DNA of 64,000 nt from Candidatus Latescibacterota bacterium (GTDB lineage: Bacteria > Latescibacterota > UBA2968): contig OZ240241.1 in the NCBI GenBank assembly GCA_965198115.1, positions 7,296,001-7,360,000 on the forward strand. Direction: 5' to 3'. The position numbers and the translations under genes are program-made. The notes below the pieces were generated by a model that ran no database searches, had not been told where the DNA came from, and worked only from the letters and a program-made list of their open reading frames with translations. The stretch's first letter is position 1, and each line of letters starts with the position of its first letter. Below are positions 1-10,296 of the stretch, one piece after another.

Positions 1-174
1 GCGATTAAGGATTTGCTGCCCCCCGCAGAGCCAGAGCAGCCGAGTTTCTTCGACGTGGATGTCTCGAAGCTTCCAGACGATGAAAAGATGGATGCGTATG
101 GAAGGGCACTCAGAAGGGCAGTTGATTCTGAGAAAGCTCGCGTCGAACCGGATGATCAGAAGGAGGGAAAGTGA
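1..174 (+). CDS. Hypothetical protein, 5'-truncated by window edge
   Basis: Frame 1 is open from base 1 (AIKDLLPPAEPEQPSFFDVDVSKLPDDEK...) to TGA at 172-174. Confidence 0.45.
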   Translation, partial: AIKDLLPPAEPEQPSFFDVDVSKLPDDEKMDAYGRALRRAVDSEKARVEPDDQKEGK

Positions 175-198
175 TGGACTTAGGCGCGAGGCTGCGGC

Positions 199-645
199 GT
201 GAGCCATTCCTACGGAAGCTCAACGATGCGTATCTGTGAGATAGCATCGAGGAGTTCGAGGCGATGTTGGGACGTAAGGATTCCGATCTCCCTCGTTCCT
301 ATTCGTTCTGGGTCGGAAACGAAGGTCCTCTCAGGCATCGCGTGCGAGGACCTGATGAACCTGATCCTCGCGTCTGGGATCTGTCTTGGCCTGCCAGATG
401 ACTGGGCGAGAGAAGATGCAGGAGGGATGAGGGTGACCATCACAGACGTCTGTTTCACCGGCGACGAGGACTTGTCGTATTCGATCTATGTCGCAGAGCG
501 CGAGATCTTGACGGGTCTGTCGAAGCTCGATGTGCAACAGATCATCCTGATGATCGCAACCATACTTCGACTCAAGGATTCCTGGCAGCAGCGACGGAGC
601 ACCGGCGTGAGGGTCACCGTCGAGGAAGATCCTTACAACTACTGA
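199..645 (+). CDS. Hypothetical phage/element-like protein (start possibly ATG near 226)
   Basis: 148-aa ORF in a co-oriented run of small ORFs; no recognisable motif. Confidence 0.45.
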   Translation: MSHSYGSSTMRICEIASRSSRRCWDVRIPISLVPIRSGSETKVLSGIACEDLMNLILASGICLGLPDDWAREDAGGMRVTITDVCFTGDEDLSYSIYVAEREILTGLSKLDVQQIILMIATILRLKDSWQQRRSTGVRVTVEEDPYNY

Positions 646-751
646 TGGTGCCCCTGGACAAACTGCGACTGAGGACGGACCTGCATCGATACACACGAGA
701 CCCGAATGGCTCGCCCCGTTTTGCCCACCAAAAACACCAACCTGGCGATCG

Positions 752-1171
752 TTGAGGATGAGGCGCCCCTTGACTACTGAAACTGACTTTGCCGATCCCG
801 TCAGGCTCCATAGTTACCGGTATCGAATGGGGAAGAACGAGGACGGAACGCTTCGGCTGTTCACAGCCTATCGATGCAGAGAGGGGCTGGTCTACGATGT
901 GTGTGCACACTCGGCAGAGGAGTTGTCAGCTTGCGTCCCGCCGAAGGCAGGGAAGAGATTGCTCAGGAAGCATCCAGTCGACTTCAAGGTCAGCCAGATG
1001 GCAAGCGACGCAATGGTGCTCGTCTTTGACCGCCGGAACCTGGGCAAGCTGGCAGGTTCTCTGCGGTTGCGCAAGAGACGCAGAGCGTCAACGGGAGAAC
1101 GTGCGAGGCTTTGCAGGATGACTATGAAGTACTCGCCGTTCTTAAACGGTCCGAACGCGTGCAGGGCATAG
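752..1171 (+). CDS. Hypothetical phage-like protein with basic C-terminus
   Basis: 139-aa ORF closely followed by the next ORF; ends in an Arg-rich stretch (LRLRKRRRAS). Confidence 0.5.
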   Translation: MRMRRPLTTETDFADPVRLHSYRYRMGKNEDGTLRLFTAYRCREGLVYDVCAHSAEELSACVPPKAGKRLLRKHPVDFKVSQMASDAMVLVFDRRNLGKLAGSLRLRKRRRASTGERARLCRMTMKYSPFLNGPNACRA

Positions 1172-1183
1172 GGGCTGAGAGGA

Positions 1184-1585
1184 ATGACGCAGCGACCGGA
1201 AGAGCCAGTGTTCCACGATGAGTGGATGCCAGTCCTGCTTTGCGACTGGCTGCCTGACACGACACTCGGTATGGCCGTCAGGATGCTGCGGAAGAAGTGG
1301 GGGATAACGGGTGGTCCCGACGATCTGAGCAGGATTACGCGGGAATGGGACCACGGTAAACGCAGGATTCTTCTAAGCGGATTAGCGGGCGATCTGTTTC
1401 AGCCGGGGCTTGACGGCGGATTCACCCACATTGTTCTGAGAGCGATGATGGACTACAGCCGTCCGGCCTACTTCTGCGCTACCCGATTTCCTGATAGGGT
1501 CGCTCAACTCAGAATTCTGTCGTGGCTCCCCCGCCACATCTGGTTGGGCCCTCACGTCACGAGCCACGAGGTGCTGGAACGGCTT
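1184..1585 (+). pseudogene. Degenerate DUF5131 (Gp37/Gp68)-like protein, truncated by an IS21 fragment
   Basis: [14 protein letters not shown]...IVLRAM...FCATRFPDR...[12 protein letters not shown] parallels the MIFVNSMSDLFH...LTKRAER...NVWMGVSV core of the DUF5131 copy at 15374-16035. GAGAGGA RBS upstream. Confidence 0.45.
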
Positions 1586-2285
1586 GGACTACGTGCCCAA
1601 GCTCTTCCGCGAACTCTCCGTGGCGCAGGCCGATGGCAGTCTCACTCGCTTGCTCAGAAAACTGGCACGAGCCGATCTCCTCGTCATCGACGACTGGGGC
1701 CTCTCACCCCTCCCGATCAGTATCGACTGTTCCTCGAGATCCTTGATGACCGCCAGGGCACCGGTGCCACCTTCATCACCAGTCAATACCCGGTCAACAC
1801 CTGGCACGAACTTGCCGGCGATCCCACCGTGGGCGACGCCATCCTCGACCGACTCGTCCACAACGCACACAAGCTCGAACTCAAAGGTGACTCGCTCCGA
1901 AAGAAGGGAGGCAAAACATGAAAAACATCCCAAGACGAAACGGGGAACACAGGTTAAGACCGCTGAGCGCAAAATCACCATGCCCGTCACCCCCGATATA
2001 CGAACAGCCCATCCACAGGGGGCTCGTTGCCTCCTCGCCTACATTCTGACACAGCAACAGGGCACCCTCGATCCCGATGCTGCCACCCCTCATACACCTA
2101 CGGAGGCTATCACCCGCCATACTGACAGACTCGGCTAAAAACACCGGGGCAAGACACACCGATTTCCACCTCAAAACTTGACCCAAAGTTACCACTCTCA
2201 CATCATCACAAACACCAGCGTCGCTTCGCTCCGATCAGTGGCAACTTTGAACCGAAAAGGGTGGAAACTTTCACCGAAATCCGCA
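1586..2285 (+). mobile_element. istB: IS21-family 3' remnant: frameshifted istB C-terminus plus right end
   Basis: [14 protein letters not shown] (Walker B) then [31 protein letters not shown] in a second frame. Terminus carries repeated GTGG(C/A)AACTTT...CCGAAA and ends ...CCGCA at 2285. Confidence 0.85.
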
Positions 2286-2492
2286 CTCTCCTTGGGCTCT
2301 GAGTTTCGAAGATTGCGAACTAAAAACGCTCGGTCTCATCAATCCCTCAAGACAAAAAGCCCGAACGCCAGGAAAGGGTCGTCTTGGGGACCCCAAACCT
2401 GAAATCCGGGCGCGGGATAAACCGATCCTCGTTACCCTAAATCACAGACATGTCGATCGACTCCTCAGATCCGATGATCTTGATGTTCGTTA

Positions 2493-3026
2493 CTATTCCT
2501 CTTTGAGATCGATGGTGCCAAATGACGGAGCTTTGATCAGATCAAGGACCTCGTTACCATTGAAATCCCTGACTCTCACAGTGTCGTCCGAATGATCTGC
2601 TGTGCGAGGCTTGCCGTTCTGCCTTACTACTCGCAGATCTACTGCACCGTCCTCCGGAGCACTTATCTGAAGAGCGAAAATGGAAAGGGTGAATACGATG
2701 GCCAGCATTCCACCGACCATCGCTCCAGCAGCGATGTAGAAAGTGGACAGAGCATCGCCCGAGACTTCAAACCAACGCGGAAGAATCAGTCCGATGAGGA
2801 CAGCAGTACCGAGAATGGCCGTTACACGCGAGCGGAGCTTGCGGAGACCCCACGAAAGGTTCACCACAACGAACTTGCGAGACCACTGAAGGTAGGGTAG
2901 AATCTTTAGGGCGCTTACGATAGTTCTAAGCTCAGTAGTGATTTTCTTGAGGAAGGCCTTGATCGACGGGCGGCGCAAGACCCGCTCTTCTATCTCTTCC
3001 CACCAATACGCCAAGTAGTCTCGCAC
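2493..3026 (-). CDS. Hypothetical membrane protein, probably truncated or chimeric
   Basis: Two hydrophobic helices (AILGTAVLIGLILP; AAGAMVGGMLAIVFTLSIFAL) followed by an abrupt change in composition. Confidence 0.4.
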   Translation of the reverse strand: MRDYLAYWWEEIEERVLRRPSIKAFLKKITTELRTIVSALKILPYLQWSRKFVVVNLSWGLRKLRSRVTAILGTAVLIGLILPRWFEVSGDALSTFYIAAGAMVGGMLAIVFTLSIFALQISAPEDGAVDLRVVRQNGKPRTADHSDDTVRVRDFNGNEVLDLIKAPSFGTIDLKEE

Positions 3027-3173
3027 GCCTAACCCCGAGTACCTTCACATAGCCCTTGGTTATTCCTGATCCCCCTACCCCTCCAACTCCTCTGCGATTG
3101 CGGTGAACTGCTCAAGCGCAGTCTGGAGGTCGTCGGCATTCTCTTGCCCGATGATTCCATCAACATCGGTACG

Positions 3174-5230
3174 TCACCCGGCGCGGTCCTGTATTCGCGG
3201 CTCCACATCCTTCAGCGTATCGAAAATCCCTTCGATCACACTCTCTTTCCCCGCGAACAATCCGTCCGGACCCCCGTCGTGCAGATTGCTGAACGGAGCC
3301 TCGTACAGAGTGGCCGCTTCCATCACACCCCGAGCGGTAAGCTGATCGATCACCATCTCGATGAAACGAATCTGTGGTGCTGTCAGGCTCCTATCGTGGA
3401 GAAATGAGGCGAATACCTCGTTCGCTGCGGCTCTGTCCATACCAACCAGACTACGTACGAAGTGCGCCAAAGACGGAGCACCGCTGCGAACAAGCAACCC
3501 CGAGAGTAAGGCATCGCCGTCGTCCTCACCGATCTCCTTGAGTGTTGCTTCCAATCCTTCGAGATCGGTTGCAGTGAGAGGCTGGTTCGTTCGAAGTCGA
3601 TGGATCACGATGTGATCGAGATGGTCGCGCAGGTAGTCTTCTACTTTCCTCTGATACTGCGGCCCCGTCATCTTTGGAATGTAAAGCGCTTCCTCCTCCC
3701 GCACGCTCAGGACTTCATCCATAAAGTCGGTGTAGACGATCTTGCGGTGCTTCTTATCAATGAATGGCACCAATCCACGAACCCGTAGCCGCAGGTCCTC
3801 CAGCGTCGTCACGTCGATCCCGTCCCAAAACGTGGTCTCCTGAATGTTGGCGAGATAGGCTGCCTCTGCCGCAACCGCAGGAATAGCCGTTTTCTCCTCC
3901 AGCATCATCGTGATCTCAATGACCCGCTGACGACGGTTCTCGAACGCAGTCTGGTCGTTCTCGGCCAAGGCAAGCTGCATCCGCAAGGCTGTAAGATCGA
4001 AGAGGCGGCATTCGATGTCGTCGGCCTCGATCTGGCTCGGTAGGTTTGCTATGTCACGATGCAACGTTTCCCGATCCGCTTCGTTCAGCGATTCCCACGT
4101 TCCCCGCTGCTGGAAATGCTCTACAGCCTCCAGATGTCCCCGTACGATGAAGTTATCCCGGTTCATCGCCGCGACCTCGGTGTACAAACCGTCGGTGAGA
4201 GAACCCTTCAGCGTGGCGTCGGGGTCCAACTCCGGAGTCTCGTGAACGTGTCCGAGCAGCTTGACCCGGGCTTGGAAAAGGCGCGTACCGATCGGAGTCG
4301 AGTCGTTGGCCTCGATGCCGTCCGGGTTCTCACGGAAAAAGTCGAAATTGAAACAGAAGTCGAAGACGCGGAAATCCTGCTTATCCTCTCCGGGTCCGAG
4401 GAGATCGGGGCACAGACGCGTGCCTCGACCGATCATCTGCCAAAACTTGATCTTCGAGTACACAGGCTTGAAGAATACCAGATTGACAACCTCGGGCACG
4501 TCGATGCCGGTGTCGAGCATGTCAACCGAGATCGCGATGTGTGGTGCTTTGTCCTTCTGTGAAAAGTCGTCGATCAAGCTCTGCGGATATTTCGCATAGT
4601 GGTCGATCACGCGGGCGAAATGACCCGCGTACTCCGGGTAGTGATGGTTGAAACGCTCCTCTATGAATTTCGCATGATCGTGGTTTCGGGCGAAGACGAT
4701 CGTTTTGCCGAGACGATCACCTGCATCCACCCGGTGACCGTTTTCCATCAGATGTTGCAGCACCTTGTCCACCGTGTCTTTGTTGAAGAGCCAGCTATTG
4801 ATCGCTGCGGAGTTGACACGGTCCGGGAGAGGATCGTCTGCGTCATCACCCCAATCGATGCTCTCCCACTCGTCCTTCTCTTCCTCACTGAGCGAGTCGT
4901 AGACGATTCCCTCTCGGGGAAAACGCAGATCGACTTGTTCCACCCGGGGCGGCACAAGGAAGCCATCGATGACCGCCGTTTCTAACTCATACGTGTCCGT
5001 TGGAACTCCGGGCTCCAAGTCGAACAGTTCGTAGGTGTTTCGATCCACCTGCTCCCGAGGCGTCGCCGTCAAGCCGACCAGCAGCGAGTCGAAATACCTG
5101 AAAATCTCGCGGTATCTCTGATAGACGGATCGGTGAGCCTCATCGATGATCACGAGATCGAAGTGACCCACGCCGAATCGTGCCTCGTTGCCCTTAGTCT
5201 CGTCGATCAGACCCATCATCGTGGGATAGG
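3174..5230 (-). pseudogene. hsdR: Type I restriction enzyme R subunit (EcoEI/EcoAI-like), N-terminally truncated
   Basis: IIDEAHRS, GLTATP, KTIVFA, SVDMLDTGIDVP and QMIGRGTR helicase motifs plus an EcoEI-R-like C-terminus. Nuclease domain and Walker A are absent. Confidence 0.9.
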
Positions 5231-5297
5231 GTGTCCTCAGCGATATTCAGGGCGGTTCTCCTTTCTCGTCCAGAATGATTGGGGACCATGTTCTGTG

Positions 5298-5434
5298 TCT
5301 GGGGGATGCCAACAACATCCCCCAGATTCTTATATCTTAAAATATAAACAATAGGTTAGAACCAATCAAGAAGAAAACTCATAATAACATATTGTTTTAT
5401 ATATAGTTATGGCCATTATGGCATAGGGCTTGTA
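5298..5434 (+). promoter_or_regulatory. Putative sigma-54 promoter architecture
   Basis: Palindrome TCTGGGGGATG-N7-CATCCCCCAGA (5298-5326), AT-rich IHF-like tract, then TGGCATAGGGCTTGTA (5419-5434; GG-N10-GT versus consensus GG-N10-GC). Confidence 0.4.
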
Positions 5435-5481
5435 GTAGGGGTGGGGGAACTGCTGCCGCGACCGGTCCGCGCCAGACGGTC

Positions 5482-6235
5482 ATGCTCGAGTATCCGGGTC
5501 CCGAAGACAGGAAACTTCGAGGCGCACTCTTCCTACCCTTACACCACCAACCTGGCGACCAATGCTCAACAGTGATTGAGGTATACTACGGGGCCATGCA
5601 GTCAGGTTATGTGAATGCGTTTGGAACCCATAACTCTGTGTGGCTCACAGCCTGTGGATACGGGATCTTCCTTCCTGATCTGCCCCGCCTTGGGTGTGGC
5701 CCTGCTGATGCAATTTCATCCCTTGTTGAGGCTGCAGCGGACGCAGTTGTGGAACAGGGATACGCCGATCCTGATGCACTGGGCCTGATCGGTGGGAGCC
5801 TCGGTGGTTACTCAGTGAACTGCACCATTACCCGGAGCACCAGGTTCAAGGCTGCTGTCGCAGTCGCGTCCTACAGCGATCTGGTGTCTTTCTCCCTGAC
5901 TCTGTCAGGAAACGCCGTTACGTTGGCTTGAGACGTACCCAATGGATCTGGGAGGGCCGCCTTGGGAGATTCCAGGTCAATACCTCGAAAATTCGCCCGT
6001 CACGCGACATTGAGATGACGTTACGACCCCTCTGCTCCTACTTCACGGTACAGCAGACAAAGCCGTACCAATCCACCAAGCTGAGGAGATCTATGCCGGC
6101 TTGTTGCGGCTTGGGAAGACCGCGTCTCTCGTTCAGTATCACGGCGAAGGACATTCACCCCTTGAATGGTCGGAAGACAACAAGAGGGACTACCGGGAGC
6201 GAATCTCTGGATGGTTTGATCGGTTCCTTAGATGA
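5482..6235 (+). pseudogene. S9 (prolyl oligopeptidase family) peptidase, C-terminal domain, disrupted
   Basis: GGSLGG nucleophile motif, then in another frame ENSP..*..TPLLLLHGTAD and YHGEGH. Frameshift near 5920 and in-frame TGA near 6011. Confidence 0.8.
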
Positions 6236-6267
6236 AGTCGGCGGTGCGACAAAAGAGGTAAAGGATC

Positions 6268-8685
6268 ATGTTTCGTAGCTATGTGAACATGGCGGTGCGT
6301 AGCCTGCTCCGTCATCCGGGTTACACCGGGATCAATATCCTGGGTTTATCGATGGGGATCGGCTGCTGTCTGCTGTTTCTGATGTTCGTGCAGCACGAGC
6401 TGTCGTACGACAGTTTCCACCAGAGGGCCGACCGAATTTATCGGGTTGTGGACCGTCTGGAATGGCAGAACGGAGAAGTAGACTACCTGAGTATGCAGCC
6501 GGTGGAGTTTGCCAATGAGGCACCGAAGCAGGTTGCGGGGATCGAGGCGGCATCAGGGTTCATCAAGACGTCAACAGGGGTGCGACACGAAGAGCGCGAG
6601 TTCGAGACAGCTGTGGGTCTGGTGCACGCAGATTTCCTCAACATCTTCTCCTTCGAGCTGCTAGCCGGTGAGCGCGAATCCGCCATCGGCGACCCATTGT
6701 CGGTCGTGATCGACGGGGATCTGGCAACACGCTTGTACGGGCTCCATCAGAAGGAATATCAAGAAGCGATTGGGAAGACACTGACCCTGGATGACGTCAG
6801 CGAGCGTGTGTTCACGGTGACCGGAGTAATGACGCCAGTCCCCCGAAACTCAAGCCTTCACTTTGAAGCGCTTGCGTCGATCGATCACCACAAGGGTTTC
6901 TCGATCAACAGAGACATCAGCGGCGCCGCTTCCACCTATGTCCTGTTGCGGGAGGGAACAAGCGCCTCGCTGGCCGAGTCGACTTTGGCGCCACTTCTTG
7001 AGTCCCTCCTTGCCCAGAGAATCGAGATCATGAGGACTTTCTCTGTCTGGGTTTTGGATAGATTCAGTCTCGAGCTCCAGCCTCTCCATGAGGTGTACCT
7101 GAACAAGATCGGAACGTGGAACTCCTATGAAAAGGAAGGCAGCGAGCTGGGGGCGCAGACGCTGGGCGGGATCGCATTGTTCGTTCTGTCTATTGGGTGT
7201 GTCAACTTTACCACGCTGGCAATTGCCCGAGCCTCGAGCCGAGTCCGAGAAGTCGGCATCCGGAAGATGCTTGGAGCAGGTCGCGGCCGAATCCGACGGC
7301 AGATGTGGGGAGAGGCAGTCATGCTGTGCTGCATCTCCCTTTGCGTCGGTGTCGTGTTCGCGGAGCTGGCTCTGCCAGCGTTCGAGGGCATTGTAAGACG
7401 CGATCTGTCTCTGCAGGACATTCCTATCTGGATTCAAGGATGGGGGTTGCTTGGCGTTTTGGTGCTGAGTGCCGGAATCGCTGGCTACCCAGCGATGCAG
7501 CTTTCGCGGGTAGAGCCAGCTGTCTCGGCGAAGGGGAAGTCGGGTTTGGGTACGCGAACTCGGGCTATCGGCGCGCTCGTGATTCTCCAATTCGCATTGA
7601 CTTCTGGTTTGATGGTCAGCGTCATACTGATGCGCGAGCAGCTGGCCTATGTGCTTACAAAAGACCTTGGATTTCAAAAGGAAGAGATCGCTGTTTTACC
7701 GACAGGGTCGGATTCGATCGGAGTTCGATACAAGATTTCGGTTCTGGCAAATCCGCTCGTCCAGGCTGCTACACTGAGCGATCGGGCGTTCACTGACGGT
7801 TGGAACACGAGGCAGATTGATCACCCGGACCGGACGCCAGGTAGTCACCTTGAGGTGAGGATCATCCGAGGGGATGCGGACTACCTCAAGACCTTGGGGA
7901 TACGTCAGCTTACTGGACGGAACTTTCGGACAGAGGAGGTTGCAGGAGTATCAAACGTTGTGCTGGTGAACGAGACGCTTGCGAGAGCCTTCGGGGAAAG
8001 AGGTCCGATTGGCGAGCAACTGGCTGGCCTCAAGATCGATGAGCGAGTAAACGAACCCGAGGTAATCGGAGTGATAGCTGATTATCACGTGAGTTCACTG
8101 CACTCCGTCATTCCGCCGACGGTGCTGCATCTGGGCCGGTACATGAATCGTGCGAAGCTGATCGCGCGGCTCGATCCAGCTAGGACGGAGGAAGCTCTCG
8201 CTCACATGAAGGAGACGTGGGACAAGGTCGTGGCCGAGAGGCCGTTCAACATCAGCTGGCTGGATGACAGACTGCGGAGCCAGTATCAGGATGAGCAACG
8301 GTGGGGGACGATCACGCGCTACGCGCTGGCGTTTGCGATCCTGATTTCCTGTCTTGGAATGATAGGGATGTCAGCGCTATCGAGCGATGAGCGCCGGAGA
8401 GAAGTAGCGGTGCGGAAGGTGCTCCGGGCGACCGTTCAGCAGGTGGTGTCCCTGCTCAATCGTGATTTCGTAAAGCTCGTTTTTGTGGCTAATATTCTCG
8501 CAGCGCTCCCTGCGTACTACGTGATGAGTCGTTGGCTCGATACCTTTGCCTATCGCGTCAACATAGGCTGGGAGTTATTCGGAATCGTTGCAGTGGTTTC
8601 ACTGGGGATTGCTGTGGCTGCGATTAGTGTGCAGACAGTAACAGCTGCCTTGGCAGACCCCGTTGTTGGCCTAAGACAAGAATGA
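6268..8685 (+). CDS. ABC transporter permease, duplicated MacB/FtsX type
   Basis: 805 aa with two periplasmic plus FtsX repeats; RVREVGIRKMLGA and RRREVAVRKVL motifs; DPVVGLRQE terminus. Confidence 0.93.
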   Translation: MFRSYVNMAVRSLLRHPGYTGINILGLSMGIGCCLLFLMFVQHELSYDSFHQRADRIYRVVDRLEWQNGEVDYLSMQPVEFANEAPKQVAGIEAASGFIKTSTGVRHEEREFETAVGLVHADFLNIFSFELLAGERESAIGDPLSVVIDGDLATRLYGLHQKEYQEAIGKTLTLDDVSERVFTVTGVMTPVPRNSSLHFEALASIDHHKGFSINRDISGAASTYVLLREGTSASLAESTLAPLLESLLAQRIEIMRTFSVWVLDRFSLELQPLHEVYLNKIGTWNSYEKEGSELGAQTLGGIALFVLSIGCVNFTTLAIARASSRVREVGIRKMLGAGRGRIRRQMWGEAVMLCCISLCVGVVFAELALPAFEGIVRRDLSLQDIPIWIQGWGLLGVLVLSAGIAGYPAMQLSRVEPAVSAKGKSGLGTRTRAIGALVILQFALTSGLMVSVILMREQLAYVLTKDLGFQKEEIAVLPTGSDSIGVRYKISVLANPLVQAATLSDRAFTDGWNTRQIDHPDRTPGSHLEVRIIRGDADYLKTLGIRQLTGRNFRTEEVAGVSNVVLVNETLARAFGERGPIGEQLAGLKIDERVNEPEVIGVIADYHVSSLHSVIPPTVLHLGRYMNRAKLIARLDPARTEEALAHMKETWDKVVAERPFNISWLDDRLRSQYQDEQRWGTITRYALAFAILISCLGMIGMSALSSDERRREVAVRKVLRATVQQVVSLLNRDFVKLVFVANILAALPAYYVMSRWLDTFAYRVNIGWELFGIVAVVSLGIAVAAISVQTVTAALADPVVGLRQE

Positions 8686-8714
8686 CTGAGAATCCCACCT
8701 GAGCGATATCCCTA

Positions 8715-9053
8715 GGAGCCTGTCGGAGTACCAGCCGGAGGAAGATTTCGTATTGTAGAAGTGCGATCAAGGTTCCGACTCTGAATTGGAGGTTTCCGTT
8801 GAGCACTTCTACTGGGTTTCGTGTCTACAATCCGGCTCAGTTGATGTTGCTGCCTCCGGATCTCCGGAGTTGGCTTCCCAAGGGTCATCCGACCTACTTC
8901 ATTCTGGATATCGTCGGACAACTTGATTTGTCCGCGATCTACGAGACCTACGATGGGTCTCAAGGTGGCCAGCCACCGTATGATCCCCGGATGATGGTGA
9001 GCCTACTGCTGTATGGTTACTGCGAAGGCATCAGGAGCTCCCGCAAGATCGAG
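8715..9053 (+). mobile_element. IS1182-family transposase 5' fragment
   Basis: QLMLLPPDLRSWLPKGH...GQPPYDPRMMVSLLLYGYCEGIRSSRKIE (DUF772-type N-terminus); truncated. Confidence 0.85.
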
Positions 9054-9074
9054 AGCCTTCAGCGCCCCTCCGGG

Positions 9075-9235
9075 GGGCTGTTCGGAAACCAGCCGCCCAC
9101 CCAGTACCAGGGAGCTGGGCACATGCCCGCCCCGGTGAGCCTGTCGCTCTTCCGTGTGCCGATAACGAGGCCCGCACACCTGCGTCCGCTCCGACTCAAG
9201 CACCTCAATGACGTGCGCCAACCCGGACACCAGAT
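9075..9235 (-). mobile_element. IS256-family transposase N-terminal fragment
   Basis: VLESERTQVCGPRYRHTEERQAHRGGHVPSSLVLGGRLV resembles IS256-family N-termini. Confidence 0.55.
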
Positions 9236-9263
9236 CGGATAGGCGCAGTAGTCAAGGTCGCAT

Positions 9264-9412
9264 TTGCTTCAGCCCGCGCCCCTGTTCGCACCGACCCCCA
9301 AGGCCGCCCGGCGCGTCCTGGAGTTTTTCACCGCCCAGATCAACAACGACCACACCCGCCGGGCCTACCTGAACGCCTCGCGGCGCTTCGCCGCCTGGTG
9401 CGACGCCCGTGG
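9264..9412 (+). pseudogene. Tyrosine recombinase N-terminal fragment (paralog of 11942-12982)
   Basis: LQPAPLFAPTPKAARRVLEFFTAQINNDHTRRAYL is nearly identical to the intact integrase. Confidence 0.85.
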
Positions 9413-9577
9413 CAAGTGGGACACATGGAGGTGGGACAACTCAGGCCCGCGCCAAGGCCGAGGGGATGACGCAGACAGATTTGCTGATTAACCTAATACT
9501 GACACATCAGGTGTAGGTGTAGGAATCCACCAAGACGGTAGGAAAGGAACTCGGCCCCCGGTCGAACGATCGGCGGC

Positions 9578-9723
9578 CTTTTCAGTCGGTACACGCTGCA
9601 CTTCATTGGCGTGAGGAATTCATCACGCAGGATCTCACCGGGATGCACCAGCGGCAGCTGCCGCCCCGACACCACGTCTGAGAAATCAACCGCTCCTCGG
9701 TCCATCTCCTCAATGGTAGTCAA
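9578..9723 (-). pseudogene. higA: HigA antitoxin, truncated
   Basis: VHPGEILRDEFLTPM motif directly after higB; HTH region lost. Confidence 0.8.
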
Positions 9724-9886
9724 CGATCTCGACCTCCCATGCTTCACCATCGCGCCACGCGAAACAGATACGCCATCGTTCGTTGACGCGAATGCTGTCG
9801 TGCCCGCGGCGGTCGCCCTTCAACGCCTCAAGCCGATTACCGGGCGGTGCTCTCAGATCATCCAGTCGGCCGGCGGCCTCGAGAAG
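9710..9886 (-). pseudogene. higB: HigB/RelE toxin, N-terminally truncated
   Basis: DLRAPPGNRLEALKGDRRG..SIRVNERWRICFAW...VEIVDYH. Confidence 0.88.
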
Positions 9887-10243
9887 GGCGATCTGCTCCT
9901 GCAGCGCGGTGAGCATCCCCTCCACATCAAGCCGCCGTCTCATCTGCGATCTGCCTAAGAGCCCCGCAGACGCGTGTCCGATTTTTCGTTCTCATCGTTC
10001 GCAATCCCGGCGATGACCTCGATGCGATCCCGGCGGTGCGTGAGCGGAATATCGGACAAGTCAACCCGAAATTCAGCCTTGCACCGGGCCTTCTCGGCCA
10101 GAAATGCATCATCTTTGAGCCAATTGTAAATTTTGGAACGCGTTACACCCATATTCCAACGCCATTTTTTTCGTGTTCTGGCCCGAGATCTCAAGCCTGG
10201 CGCACACATTGGGCGCACTCGATGTGCTTTCGGTGAGTGTCAT
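9887..10243 (-). pseudogene. HTH protein (phBC6A51/terminase-small-like), frameshifted paralog of 37423-37848
   Basis: GVTRSKIYNWLKDDAF, IPLTHRRDRIE and ALRQIADETAA are split over frames and match the 37.4 kb ORF. Confidence 0.7.
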
Positions 10244-10296
10244 GGCCCCTCTTTTTACGTCATTCTAACAACGGGTGCTTTTCGATGCCAAAATAT

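Noticed and set aside
1184-1921. Novel DUF5131-IstB fusion protein
   Set aside because: The ORF is continuous only because of the istB frameshift; it is a junction artefact.
6011-6013. Selenocysteine recoding of the TGA in the S9 peptidase
   Set aside because: The position is non-catalytic and the gene is also frameshifted and truncated.
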